Source: an uncultured Eubacteriales bacterium
GTDB lineage: Bacteria; Acidobacteriota; Aminicenantia; Aminicenantales; Aminicenantaceae
Length of the DNA stretch: 64,000 nucleotides
Assembly: GCA_964410125.1 (NCBI GenBank)
Contig: CAYPGQ010000005.1
Location: forward strand, 21,395 to 85,394
Direction: 5' to 3'
In this document: positions 40,440-50,801 of the stretch, in pieces
Numbering within the stretch: position 1 is the stretch's first letter
Layout of the letters: the number at the start of each line of letters is the position of its first letter
Notes under the pieces: generated by a model
Databases searched by the model: none
What the model was told of the DNA's origin: nothing
Seen by the model: only the letters and a program-made list of their open reading frames with translations
Program-made: the position numbers and the translations under genes

Positions 40440-43159
40440 ACTCCCCCATATTTTTCTGCTCTTATTCTGAATGCTTCTTCTCCACCTTCCATAATATTTT
40501 TTACATCTGCCCTAATATCTTCTTTATCAATAGAGCCTTTGTTATTAATAACGCACCTTTCATTTTTAGTCTCTAAAACAAGAACCAATTCAGAGTCTCC
40601 TAAGACAGGGATGTTCGCATTATGTGTAGCAATAAATAATTGTCTTTTCCCCTTTATTTCTCTAAGGATTTTCACTACGTCCTCGTATATAAAACGGTTA
40701 TCAAGGTCCTCTTCAGGCTGGTCAAGAACAACAATCCTATCCTCTTGAGCAAATAGAAGCAATAATAAGGCAGTAGCTTTTTGACCAATAGAAAGTTTAT
40801 TAATTAATTTATATTCTTCATTCACTTTCAAAAATATTTCAATTTTGTCCTCGGGAAAAAAAGTTTCAAGCTCATAAAGTCTTTCGGAATCTTTAAACCA
40901 TTCTAATATTCTACTGGACATTGCCTGAGTGAGATTGAATTCTTCACGCAATTTCTGCTCATTACCCTTGATATATTGGGAAAGCAGAAGACCATCGGTA
41001 ACTTTATTGGGTGATTTAACCAACGCTTCAATAGCATCGCTTGAAACTTTTGAGCCTTTTAATAAGTTTTTTAAATCTTCCATAAAGTTGTCTCTTTCTT
41101 CTTCATATTTCACCTCAATTTTGAGTCTTCCTTTTAAGGCATCGTTTATTTTTTCAAGTTGTTCTTTTCTTATATTAAAAATATCATGCCTCTTCTTACC
41201 TATTTTATTCTTCGATTTCTCCCTATCATTTTCCAATTTTTCAATTTCCATTTCTAGCCTTATTAATTCTTCAATTAACGGTATTAACTTTGCCCTTTCC
41301 TTAGTCAATCTTTCGAGTTCGTCTGGTTTAAGTCCTTTCTCGGCCAATTCTTTTTTTATTTTTTGAATTTTTGTTTCTACTTTTTTCTTTTTTTCTAACC
41401 ATTCAGCATACAAGCCTTCAATACTTTTTCTGGTCTGGTCTGTTGTCTTGGAAAGCTGTTTTTTACTTTGCTCAAATGCTCTTTTAATTTGACTTATCTC
41501 TCCAGCTACCTTTTCCAGTATAAATTTATTTTCACTCTTGCCTCTCTTTAAATTATTTTCTAAATAGTTTAGTTCGGATGCAGATTCATCAAAAAAGAAA
41601 AGCATTTTTTCGTTTATTCCATCAAGTTTTTCAATTGCATCTTGTAATTTTTCTTCATCATCTACTATGTTAGTCCACCTTCTGAGTCTTTCTTCTACTT
41701 TCATACCTTTATAAACTTTTATTCCTGCTTCTATTCCCTTTAATCTTTGCTCATACTCTTCCCTTTTTCTCGTCTTTTCTTTAAGAGCTAAAAGCTTTCT
41801 TCCATTTTCTCTTAATTGTTCAATTAACCTCTTGAATTCCTCATGTAAATGCCTTATCCTCTCTCCTATTAATTCATCAATTAATTGGAGTTGAAAAGTA
41901 GGGGTAATAGAAAGAAAATAGAGTTCCTTTTGACCTATTATAATCGGATATTTTGCTTCTTCGAACAAACTCTGTATAGAAAAACCTGTCTTCACACCAC
42001 TTTCATCAATAATTTCTGTATCTTTCCCTATTGTCCTTTTTATCTCGAATTCCTTTTTCTCTTTTCCATAATATCTTTCAATAAAGACAGAAAGCTCCCC
42101 TCCACTTCCAACAACACTCTCTACAAAATCCATTCGGAAAGATTTATCTGCATAAATTGGTAAATCCATAACATATCGCATAGTTTCTATGATAGCCGAT
42201 TTACCCACACCCCTTCCTCCAATAAATGTATTTAGTTCAGGATTGAATAAAATTTCTATATCCCTCAGAAAAGTTGAGCCATTGATTAGTATCTTTGATA
42301 TTCTATTATGATAAAAAGAAGGACATTCATAAGTCTTCACCCTTACTTCTGGGTCGTGTAGAGCTATTTTTAAAGCACCAATGTTAAAAGAACTTAATTT
42401 ATAATATGTGGTTCTTAATTTACCATCCCTCTTTTTAGTGCCTATATCGTCAAGACTTTTAGGGTCAGTATTTTCAAGGATTGCTATTTTTTTAAAATAA
42501 TCAGATGGAAGTTCATTTGTAGATATAAGTTTATTTTTTCCTTCCTCAGAGATATATTCAATAGCATCAGGCTTTACATTCATCAAATACTTTGCAGATT
42601 GGGAAGGATTATAAGTATGAAGAAGTCCTTTATCATTTTCTAGGTGTGGAAATACAACCAAACATTTATATTTTTCTCGAATTTTACTTATCAACTTTTC
42701 CAGTTCTAATTCACTTTCAATATCTCTATGTTTTCTTCCGTCAACTAAGGATTTTTGTGGATTCTTGTCTAAACTGTGTAGAAATGTATTTAAACCTTTA
42801 ATATCCACATTTTGCTCAAAAATTAACAACAAATGAAGACCATATTTCCCACTTAATTTTAATGAAAGCTCAACTCCTGGAAATATTACAATTCCTTTAT
42901 CTTTAGCCTTATTCTTTATTAACTCAAACCAATCCTTTCTCAATCCGTTATAATCTGTAATAGCTCCTATCTTAATCTGCGCTTCTTGTATTTTCTTTAT
43001 ATATTCTTCTACTAATTTTTCACACTCGTTATTGGAATCTAAATTAATCCCTGGTGGTAATGTAAGACTTTCTACACCTGGAGAATGCAGATGTAAATCT
43101 GTCTTCACCCAATTTGCCCCATTATAACTTTTGTCATTCATAGTAATTAACTCTTTCAT
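40436..43159 (-). CDS. PHP-domain phosphoesterase fused to a Rad50/SMC-like ABC ATPase with a long coiled coil
   Basis: N-terminal DLHLHSPG and FPGVELSL PHP motifs. Walker A IGGRGVGKSAII at about residue 316. A coiled coil of about 350 aa. C-terminal signature SIGQKATALLLLLFA, Walker B VVLDQPEEDLD and H-loop IATHN. Confidence 0.5.
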   Translation of the reverse strand: MKELITMNDKSYNGANWVKTDLHLHSPGVESLTLPPGINLDSNNECEKLVEEYIKKIQEAQIKIGAITDYNGLRKDWFELIKNKAKDKGIVIFPGVELSLKLSGKYGLHLLLIFEQNVDIKGLNTFLHSLDKNPQKSLVDGRKHRDIESELELEKLISKIREKYKCLVVFPHLENDKGLLHTYNPSQSAKYLMNVKPDAIEYISEEGKNKLISTNELPSDYFKKIAILENTDPKSLDDIGTKKRDGKLRTTYYKLSSFNIGALKIALHDPEVRVKTYECPSFYHNRISKILINGSTFLRDIEILFNPELNTFIGGRGVGKSAIIETMRYVMDLPIYADKSFRMDFVESVVGSGGELSVFIERYYGKEKKEFEIKRTIGKDTEIIDESGVKTGFSIQSLFEEAKYPIIIGQKELYFLSITPTFQLQLIDELIGERIRHLHEEFKRLIEQLRENGRKLLALKEKTRKREEYEQRLKGIEAGIKVYKGMKVEERLRRWTNIVDDEEKLQDAIEKLDGINEKMLFFFDESASELNYLENNLKRGKSENKFILEKVAGEISQIKRAFEQSKKQLSKTTDQTRKSIEGLYAEWLEKKKKVETKIQKIKKELAEKGLKPDELERLTKERAKLIPLIEELIRLEMEIEKLENDREKSKNKIGKKRHDIFNIRKEQLEKINDALKGRLKIEVKYEEERDNFMEDLKNLLKGSKVSSDAIEALVKSPNKVTDGLLLSQYIKGNEQKLREEFNLTQAMSSRILEWFKDSERLYELETFFPEDKIEIFLKVNEEYKLINKLSIGQKATALLLLLFAQEDRIVVLDQPEEDLDNRFIYEDVVKILREIKGKRQLFIATHNANIPVLGDSELVLVLETKNERCVINNKGSIDKEDIRADVKNIMEGGEEAFRIRAEKYGGV

Positions 43160-45198
43160 TTTATCTTCACCTTCAAAACTTTATTTGTGTCATTCCCAAA
43201 CACATCCACAACTTTTGTCATTATCTGATATTCCCCTGCCTCTTCGTATTTGTGTCTAGCTTCATACTCTACTTTTGGATTCTTCTTCATCCTGAAACTC
43301 TGCCATTGATTATGAAAAGTATCGCCTTTGTAACCCCAGTCAATCGCCCAGTAGTCTATGAGCTCTCTTGAATCCTTTACCTTACAAGCGATTTCTGCAA
43401 GCTCCGCAGTTGGTGCAAGCTGAAAGTCTGTGATTTTCAGTTCTACTTCTTCCTTTTTCATTTTTGTTTCAATCTCCAAATAGGCAACTTCTGGGAATCT
43501 CACATATTTAGACAGTTCTTTTTCAATAACATCATCCCTTATTTTCAATAGTTGCAGGTCGAAACCCACTAAAGAAGATTTGATTTCATTCACTGATGGT
43601 ATTTGAACCAATTTCAAATCAACTCCGTTTTTCTTTGCTAATTCTTTTGCCAGCTCATTTACCTCATAACTCCACTCCCAGCCCAAAACATCTGCCTTAT
43701 TGAAATTATTGCTTTTACATTCAATTACAACCTTCTCAACTTCTTCCATCGTAACAGGAGCGTTCAAAGGACCAACATGTACTGCCCTCTCTCCTTTCCT
43801 TCCATGCAAATATCTAAACCCTGTTAGAGGTTGAGATTGATAGAGTTTGAGCATAAAAGCGAGGTATTCATCCTCTCTTTCCTGCCAGTAAACTGTTTCA
43901 TAATTTCCGATATTCCAGAGTTCAAAAGGTTTTGCTGGCTTTTCATAATTCTTTTTGTTTTCATCTTGTAAATCCTTTGAATTGTGAATATCTAAAAGCC
44001 TCTTTCTTGTAATTTGAATCGCAAACTTGGATAAATCAGAGCCTATCCATCTTCTACCGAGTTTCTCTGCAACCGCTAAAGTTGTGCCGGAACCGCAGAA
44101 GAAGTCAGCTACAATATCGCTTGGGTTAGAAGATGCAAGAATGACGCGTTTCAGGAGAGCTTCGGGTTTTTGAGTATCGAAGTCTAAACGCTCTGCACTG
44201 TTTGCTGAAATCGGAGCAACTTCATCATCTTTCCAAAGGTCCCCCAAGTAATTGCCTGCTTTTTCATCCAAGTATCTCTTTATCCTTGGGAGGCCGGATG
44301 ACGTAAAAATAATTTGCCCTTCGTCCATGGCTTTGTTAATCTTTTCTTGGTCCCAAATCCAATGTTTACCCGGTGGCGGATACAATAGCTTATCTCCGAA
44401 ATAACGTGGCGGGCCGCTTCCTTTCTGTGTAAAATCGAAAGAACCGTATCTCCGTCCGCTTTCCTCCTCTACATATGGGTAAACCTCCTCATCTTTTTCT
44501 CCTCTAATAAATTGTGGGTTGAAAATAGCACTGTTAGACTTTGAGTATATTAAGAGCATGTCCTTAACGTTACTGAAGAATTTGCTCTGGACTTTTGCAG
44601 CAGTCAGTTTGCGCCAAGTGATTTCATTTCTAAAATTCTCATACCCAAAAATTTCATCCATCATTACCTTAACATAATGTCCCACATGCCAGTCTAAATG
44701 CACATAAATAGAACCATTCTCAGCCAATAACCCCCTAATCAAAACCAATCGTTCGTACATATACTTGAGATAAGAAGCAATGCCACCGCTCCATGTATCT
44801 TTGTATGCTCGCTCTTCAATTATAGACGGCTCTTTTTCTATTCTCTCGTCTCCGAGTTTTGTTCTAATGGTAAAATCTGCTCCAGTAAAAAAGGGTGGGT
44901 CAATATATATCAGATTTATCTTACCAGCCCAGCCCTGCTTTATTAGAGAACTCATCACAAGCTTGTTATCCCCCCAGATGAGTTTGTTTTTCCAGTCCTT
45001 TGAATAGTTCTCAGGATACTCATTCTCCGGGAATAGTGAAACTGTATATCCTCCCTTAATTCTAGGTTTATTTACTGTTTCCACTACTTGAAAGGGAAGA
45101 TTTGGTTTCTCAACAGGTATCTTTTCCCCTTTCTCATATTTATCATATTTTTCTTCCCAAAGCAGCTCCACATATTTTTTGTTATGTGCCATATTCAT
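43156..45198 (-). CDS. Type III R-M Mod subunit (beta-class N6-adenine DNA methyltransferase)
   Basis: Motif IV IYIDPPF precedes motif I FFCGSGTT, which is the beta-class order typical of Mod proteins. Length 680 aa. The stop overlaps the next gene by 4 nt. Confidence 0.75.
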   Translation of the reverse strand: MNMAHNKKYVELLWEEKYDKYEKGEKIPVEKPNLPFQVVETVNKPRIKGGYTVSLFPENEYPENYSKDWKNKLIWGDNKLVMSSLIKQGWAGKINLIYIDPPFFTGADFTIRTKLGDERIEKEPSIIEERAYKDTWSGGIASYLKYMYERLVLIRGLLAENGSIYVHLDWHVGHYVKVMMDEIFGYENFRNEITWRKLTAAKVQSKFFSNVKDMLLIYSKSNSAIFNPQFIRGEKDEEVYPYVEEESGRRYGSFDFTQKGSGPPRYFGDKLLYPPPGKHWIWDQEKINKAMDEGQIIFTSSGLPRIKRYLDEKAGNYLGDLWKDDEVAPISANSAERLDFDTQKPEALLKRVILASSNPSDIVADFFCGSGTTLAVAEKLGRRWIGSDLSKFAIQITRKRLLDIHNSKDLQDENKKNYEKPAKPFELWNIGNYETVYWQEREDEYLAFMLKLYQSQPLTGFRYLHGRKGERAVHVGPLNAPVTMEEVEKVVIECKSNNFNKADVLGWEWSYEVNELAKELAKKNGVDLKLVQIPSVNEIKSSLVGFDLQLLKIRDDVIEKELSKYVRFPEVAYLEIETKMKKEEVELKITDFQLAPTAELAEIACKVKDSRELIDYWAIDWGYKGDTFHNQWQSFRMKKNPKVEYEARHKYEEAGEYQIMTKVVDVFGNDTNKVLKVKIK

Positions 45199-45297
45199 TT
45201 CCTCTTTTACACCTCAATACCGCCATTTCATATAACATTTTTCGCTGTTTATGAAGTGCGAGCGATAGCGATCATCTGGGTGAGCGGAGCGAACCAC

Positions 45298-45310
45298 AAA
45301 CACCGTGTTA
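45298..45310. promoter_or_regulatory. Dyad-symmetric 13-mer AAACAC-C-GTGTTA about 100 bp upstream of the mod operon start
   Basis: Shares the 12-mer AACACCGTGTTA with 55998..56010, where it forms a perfect 6-1-6 palindrome (TAACAC-C-GTGTTA) about 60 bp upstream of the ATPase operon. Confidence 0.25.
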
Positions 45311-45358
45311 GATGAAGTTGCTGCCGATCTATTTTTTATCTTCTCTCTATAAATCACG

Positions 45359-46087
45359 CTATATTCCTCCTAAAAATGACTTTCTTACCTTATCATTTTC
45401 AAGGAGGTTTTTTGCTTTGTCTTCAAAGGCAATTTTGCCTATTTCAAACACATAGCCTCTATCTGCATATTCTAAAGCCATTCTCGCATTCTGCTCAACA
45501 AGGAGAATGGTTGTTCCATCTTTATTAATCTCTTTTATCTTCTCAAATACAGTATTCACATAATTCGGAGAAAGTCCCAGTGACGGTTCATCCAATAAAA
45601 GCAGTTTTGGTTTTAACATCAGGGCCCTACCAATAGCAAGCATCTGTTGTTCACCACTGCTTAATGTTCCTGCTCTTTGTCTCTGTCTCTCCTTAAGAAG
45701 TGGGAATATGCTGAATACCTTATCAATATATTCTTGAAGGGTTTTTTTATTACTTCTCGTGTATGAGCCCATTTCCAGATTCTCTAAAACGTTCATTGAA
45801 GTAAAGACCCTTCTTCCTTCTGGCACCAGACAAAGTCTTTTCTCAACTAACTGATACGGCTGCTTACTATTTATGTTTTCTCCTCGATATAAAATCTCTC
45901 CCGACTTAGGTTTCACCAGACCACAAATTGCCTTTAAGGCGGTAGATTTACCAGCACCGTTTGGACCTATCATTGCCACGATTTCTCCCTCACTTATATT
46001 GAGAGAAATGTCATCCAGAGCAAGGACAGTATCGTAATATACTGTTAAGTTTCTTACCTCAAGAAGCACTTTCACGCCTCCTGCCAA
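45359..46087 (-). CDS. Branched-chain amino acid ABC transporter ATP-binding protein (LivF-like)
   Basis: Walker [10 protein letters not shown], signature LSSGEQQ, Walker B LLLLDEPS. Confidence 0.8.
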   Translation of the reverse strand: MAGGVKVLLEVRNLTVYYDTVLALDDISLNISEGEIVAMIGPNGAGKSTALKAICGLVKPKSGEILYRGENINSKQPYQLVEKRLCLVPEGRRVFTSMNVLENLEMGSYTRSNKKTLQEYIDKVFSIFPLLKERQRQRAGTLSSGEQQMLAIGRALMLKPKLLLLDEPSLGLSPNYVNTVFEKIKEINKDGTTILLVEQNARMALEYADRGYVFEIGKIAFEDKAKNLLENDKVRKSFLGGI

Positions 46088-46841
46088 GATAGGCTTCTAT
46101 AACCTTATCATTTCTGGTAATCTCTTCTGGAGGTCCTTCAGCAATCTTTTGACCATAGTTTAATACAATGACATTATCAGAAATTCCTGTTACTACTTTC
46201 ATATCATGCTCAATGAATAGAATCGTCTTGCCCTTTGTTTTTAATTTCTTTAGCACATCCAGTATCTTAACTCTCATATTAGGGAAAACCCCGGCTGTTG
46301 GTTCATCCAATAAAAAGAGTTCGGCTTCCATTGCCAATGCTCGGGCTAATTCAAGCAATCGTCTCTGTCCATGAGATAAATTCTGTGCAAGTTCTTCTTT
46401 TTTGTCTATAAGACCTACCAATTCAAGATATTCCAGAGCCTTCTCTCTATTTCTCTGCTCCTCGTCCTTCATAACCTTCGATTGAAGAAGCGCAGATATA
46501 AGTCTCTCACCTTTATCATATTTAGTTGCAAGCAACATATTCTCCATGACCGTAATCTGTGGGAAAAGCCTGATATTTTGAAATGTCCGTGAGATGCCTA
46601 ATTTAGCTATCTTGTAAGGTGGCAGATTAATAATCCTTTTATTTCTAAAATATACATCTCCAGATTGAGCATTGTAGAATCCAGAGATTATATTAAACAC
46701 TGTCGTCTTACCTGCACCATTAGGACCAACCAGGGCGTTTATAGTGGCTGGTTCAATAGAGAAGTCCAGGTTGTCTACTGCAACAATTCCATCAAATTCT
46801 TTAGAAAGATCTTTAACTTCTAATAACATCTCATCACTCAC
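46059..46841 (-). CDS. Branched-chain amino acid ABC transporter ATP-binding protein (LivG-like)
   Basis: Walker [10 protein letters not shown], signature LSHGQRR, Walker B LFLLDEPT. Confidence 0.8.
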   Translation of the reverse strand: MSDEMLLEVKDLSKEFDGIVAVDNLDFSIEPATINALVGPNGAGKTTVFNIISGFYNAQSGDVYFRNKRIINLPPYKIAKLGISRTFQNIRLFPQITVMENMLLATKYDKGERLISALLQSKVMKDEEQRNREKALEYLELVGLIDKKEELAQNLSHGQRRLLELARALAMEAELFLLDEPTAGVFPNMRVKILDVLKKLKTKGKTILFIEHDMKVVTGISDNVIVLNYGQKIAEGPPEEITRNDKVIEAYLGRRRESAS

Positions 46842-47707
46842 TTGAATTGATACCTTCCCATTATGCCTTGTGGTCTCTTGATCATAAGCACAACCAAAAG
46901 CAATCCATATAGCATCTGTCTCATCGGAGCTGCAATTGATGACGGCATACCTAGAAATCTAAGAAGTTCAGGGAAGACCACAAGAATTACTGCTCCCGCT
47001 ATAGAGCCTGATATACTTCCCATTCCGCCAAAAATAACCATAAGGAGGATGGTAATAGATTCCATTACAGTAAAGCTCGATGGATCAATGAAGGTTATGT
47101 AATGGGCATAAAGGCTCCCAGCAATCCCAGCAAAGAATGCTCCAATAATGAAAACCAATATCTTGTGCTTGGTTGTATTTTTTCCTAATGCCTGTGAGGC
47201 AATTTCATCTTCCCTGATAGATCTCAATATTCTGCCAAAAGGGGAATTCACTACTCTTCTTACAACAAAGATAGTAATTATCACAAAAACTAAAACCAGT
47301 AATAGGTAGGACCATATTTCTGACAAGTGAAAACCGAAAACGGAAAACCCAGGTATTCCAGGAAGTCCCATTGGACCTCTTGTAAGAGATACCCAGTTCT
47401 TAGCAATGGAGTAAATAATTATCCCTAATCCGAATGTTGCCAGAGCAAGATAATCTCCCTTCAGTCGCACTGCCGGATAGCCTATTACAATGCCTGAGAG
47501 TGCCGCTACACACGCTCCTATCGACAATCCTATCCAGGGAGATAAATCCATATTTAATGCAAGGAGACTTGATGTATATGCCCCTATACAAAAAAAGGCT
47601 GCATGACCCAGTGCTGGTAGGCCTGTATATCCCACAATGAGATTAAGGCTCAGGGTAAGAATTATGTAAATCCCAGCAATAATAAGTATATGTAAGAGAT
47701 ACTCCAT
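46838..47707 (-). CDS. Branched-chain amino acid ABC transporter permease (LivM-like)
   Basis: Polytopic permease. Overlaps the adjacent genes by 4 nt. Confidence 0.7.
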   Translation of the reverse strand: MEYLLHILIIAGIYIILTLSLNLIVGYTGLPALGHAAFFCIGAYTSSLLALNMDLSPWIGLSIGACVAALSGIVIGYPAVRLKGDYLALATFGLGIIIYSIAKNWVSLTRGPMGLPGIPGFSVFGFHLSEIWSYLLLVLVFVIITIFVVRRVVNSPFGRILRSIREDEIASQALGKNTTKHKILVFIIGAFFAGIAGSLYAHYITFIDPSSFTVMESITILLMVIFGGMGSISGSIAGAVILVVFPELLRFLGMPSSIAAPMRQMLYGLLLVVLMIKRPQGIMGRYQFK

Positions 47708-47711
47708 AGCC

Positions 47712-48590
47712 TTAAATTGTGTCCTTTTCTGTTTTGGTACCTAAAAAACCCCATGGTCTTATCAAAAGAAAAATTATAAGGATAACAAACGCTATACAAT
47801 CCTTCCATCCGGCTGATATTTTCCAGATACCAAGATTCTCAGCTAATCCCAGAAAGAATCCACCCAGCACTGCACCTGGAATACTACCGATGCCACCGAT
47901 AATAGAGGCAATAATTCCCTTCAAGAGAGCGCTGAATCCCATTGTTGGTTCAATATTTGTTTCAAAGGAAATAAGTATCCCAGCAGCACCGGCTAATGCA
48001 GAGCCTATGGCAAATGAAGTCAAGACTATCTTCTCGGGATTTATACCAACAATATTTGCCGCTATGGGATCATCAGACACCGCCCTCATTGCCTTGCCGA
48101 GCTTTGTCTTCTGGATAAAAAGCAAGAGTAGTATCATAAGAATGATTGAGACCGCTAAAATTAAAATCTGGATATCAGTAATCACGGCGCCAAGAAAATG
48201 GTGTCCTTCTTTAATAGGGCCGGTTCTTATTGTAAGAATCTGTGCTCCATAGAGCAGTTGAATCAGGTTTTGAAGGAAGATAAAGACACCGAATGATGCA
48301 AGGAGAAAAATCAGGTTAGATGCATTCTGTTTGCGAAGGGGATGATAGACGAATCTATCAATGGCTATACCTAAAAGTCCTGCTAAAATTATCGCTGAAA
48401 AAAAAGAAAGGACGAAATTGAGGTGCAAGGAAATAATTAGTGTATAAGCAAAATACGCACCGGTCATATAAACCACCCCATGAGCAAAGTGAAAAAACTT
48501 TACCGTACGATAGATTACAGTAAAGCCTATAGCAATGAGGGCATAAATGCTGCCTGCGATTATGCCGTTAAGTATTAATTGTTGTATCAT
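47712..48590 (-). CDS. Branched-chain amino acid ABC transporter permease (LivH-like)
   Basis: Polytopic permease immediately upstream of the LivM-like gene. Confidence 0.7.
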   Translation of the reverse strand: MIQQLILNGIIAGSIYALIAIGFTVIYRTVKFFHFAHGVVYMTGAYFAYTLIISLHLNFVLSFFSAIILAGLLGIAIDRFVYHPLRKQNASNLIFLLASFGVFIFLQNLIQLLYGAQILTIRTGPIKEGHHFLGAVITDIQILILAVSIILMILLLLFIQKTKLGKAMRAVSDDPIAANIVGINPEKIVLTSFAIGSALAGAAGILISFETNIEPTMGFSALLKGIIASIIGGIGSIPGAVLGGFFLGLAENLGIWKISAGWKDCIAFVILIIFLLIRPWGFLGTKTEKDTI

Positions 48591-48868
48591 TTGTTTTTAT
48601 TATATATATTTTTATTCTAAAAGCCTTTCGTCTTTGTGTATCTGCTAGACAAATTTAATTTGTGTCTAATTGTGACACCCCGAATAATGAGAATGTAAAT
48701 ACTATCAACTATTACCCCATTAAGTAGAAGTTGTGAAATCATAGTTTATACTACCTTACTTTTCCAATAAAAACTTTAAATTCCATTGGTTAACCTTTTG
48801 TCAAATACAAAGACTGGAGCCCATCCTTCCCATACTCTCATTACACCATCCTGTCACTTCTGAATAAG

Positions 48869-50785
48869 TCATTGGTGAAGGTTTCTTAAGGGAAAAATCC
48901 TCTCGAAAAACTTATTGAAGACAGTTATTTGGTAAAGGGAGTACAATTCTGCTTTTTCAAGCTCTCCTGTCCAGTCTGATTGGAAAGATTCGTTGTGTAG
49001 CACACTTTTTTCAGGCAGTGCCAAAACAAAGGATTCATCTGCAACTAAAATTGAGTACACCTCTTCCCAGCCCGCGCGAGAAAAAAGCAAAGAAATGAAG
49101 AGACGCATCCACTCTTTTTCTTTGTGCCCAAAGTATAAAAGGAAAATAGCATGGGAATCTTTCAAATGTGCGTATAGAGGATTTCTTGTGGACTTATTGC
49201 CAATATCCATACTTAAAAAATCCATCGATAGATAGTGAGGAGGATCGGCTATAATAAGATTGTAATCTCCGTAATAAATATCGTTGGGTTCTTCTAACGG
49301 TGGTTGCTTTTTATAGTGATTTGTCAACGAAAATATATCAGCAGGCACGATATGAGCTGCACTTGAGACTTTCTCATTATACGGAAAAGGATTTTTATCT
49401 ATACTAGCAATGTTCAGCTGTTCGTCTGATGATCCCCGTAGGAAACACTCATTTAGACCTGTTCCGGAAAAAAGACTAAGTATCTTTAGATTATTTTTAT
49501 TTTTAATTGCTTGTACTACAGATAAGGAGATATATCCTAAAAGCGGAGAGGGGCCGACTTGCTCTGAATATCTATAAACCAAATCTAGCTCGTTTTCCCT
49601 CAATTGTACACCAAGTTTCTCAAATTTCTTTCTGTAGATCCCCAAAACAGAATCATCAGAGACTTCATTCTTTGTCCATTCATATAAGTTAACATCCATA
49701 GCTTCAGTCACCTCAATCGTTGGCGAGATAAAAACATCTACCCTTATCTTTAGTTTATCCACCGGAATTACATTTGTCTTTTCGGTAACTTTCAATTCTT
49801 TACATTGAAGAGCCTCCAAATAACCTTTCATCCAACCATTTAAGTATTCCTCTATTTTATTTAATATCATCGCTGAGTCACTATATAGAAAATTGTATCC
49901 ATCTTTGTTAGAGATATATAGTCTTATTATTAGAACATACGCTGGATGCTTCGGTGAATTTTTGTTACCTATTCGCTCTACCACAAATAAATTGTGTCCA
50001 ATATTATCAACGCTGACTATATCCCTCTTATTCCGAACTTTTATCATATTCTCAACATATCGGTTGGCTTCTCCTTTAAGATGATTAACAAAGTCTTTAT
50101 TGGATATGCAGAAGCGTTTATAGCTCTTTTTATATTCCAAACAAAAATTATATGTAGAGTGAATAACTTCCATAATCCTTTTACATAGAATCTTAAGCTC
50201 CTCATCATACTTATACATATCCGTATATTCTTCCTCTAAAACAAGGGCAATTCCCCCAAGAGTCCCATGTGAATAAATCGCAAATTTAAAGTTTTCATAT
50301 TTTTCCTTTTGAACAGTTAAAAAAGAATACGCTGTAGAAACCACACTATGCTTATAAGTCAAATCTTGAATATCACCAACCAGTTCAAAGTTTTTCCATG
50401 TAGATGGAGATTCCAATTTAAATCCTGCCGGAATGGGTTTTTTTATGCCAAAATGTCTAAGTTTTTCTTCGCTCCTCAGTGCAATATGTTTGTCCCAATA
50501 AATTTTTAAGAAGTCCGCGTACTTTTTTTGGGTTTCTTCCTTTATATTGCCAGTGTAAACGAGTTTTCTATCAGACCTTTTGTAATGGATCCCTCCTATA
50601 GTAATTCCTATAATTTTAAACTTCTTTTGTATAGATTCCCATCGTTTTTCCGCGATGCATTTAACTGGATTGTCGGTTTTATTATTATGCGACAACAAAT
50701 CTCTCCTTATTGTATCCACTATCGCACTTTCGAAAGAAAGGAGAGCTTCTTTTCTTAATTGTAGTTTTTGGTCATTGACACCCAT
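48869..50785 (-). CDS. Hypothetical 638-aa protein with a C-terminal amino-methyltransferase-like domain (FSGTG ... DPPH)
   Basis: The C-terminal third carries LSLFSGTGLNE (motif I-like) followed about 80 aa later by NLIIADPPHY (a (D/N)PPY-type motif IV, gamma-class order). The N-terminal 400 aa resemble nothing I recognise. Confidence 0.4.
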   Translation of the reverse strand: MGVNDQKLQLRKEALLSFESAIVDTIRRDLLSHNNKTDNPVKCIAEKRWESIQKKFKIIGITIGGIHYKRSDRKLVYTGNIKEETQKKYADFLKIYWDKHIALRSEEKLRHFGIKKPIPAGFKLESPSTWKNFELVGDIQDLTYKHSVVSTAYSFLTVQKEKYENFKFAIYSHGTLGGIALVLEEEYTDMYKYDEELKILCKRIMEVIHSTYNFCLEYKKSYKRFCISNKDFVNHLKGEANRYVENMIKVRNKRDIVSVDNIGHNLFVVERIGNKNSPKHPAYVLIIRLYISNKDGYNFLYSDSAMILNKIEEYLNGWMKGYLEALQCKELKVTEKTNVIPVDKLKIRVDVFISPTIEVTEAMDVNLYEWTKNEVSDDSVLGIYRKKFEKLGVQLRENELDLVYRYSEQVGPSPLLGYISLSVVQAIKNKNNLKILSLFSGTGLNECFLRGSSDEQLNIASIDKNPFPYNEKVSSAAHIVPADIFSLTNHYKKQPPLEEPNDIYYGDYNLIIADPPHYLSMDFLSMDIGNKSTRNPLYAHLKDSHAIFLLYFGHKEKEWMRLFISLLFSRAGWEEVYSILVADESFVLALPEKSVLHNESFQSDWTGELEKAELYSLYQITVFNKFFERIFPLRNLHQ

Positions 50786-50801
50786 TTATTCCGCTCCTTC
50801 G

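Noticed and set aside
40929-41366. A 145-aa S/F/L-rich plus-strand ORF, with a similar ORF at 54229..54756.
   Set aside because: Both lie antisense to the K/E-rich coiled-coil segments of the two SMC-like ATPases. The low-complexity translation is the expected antisense artefact.
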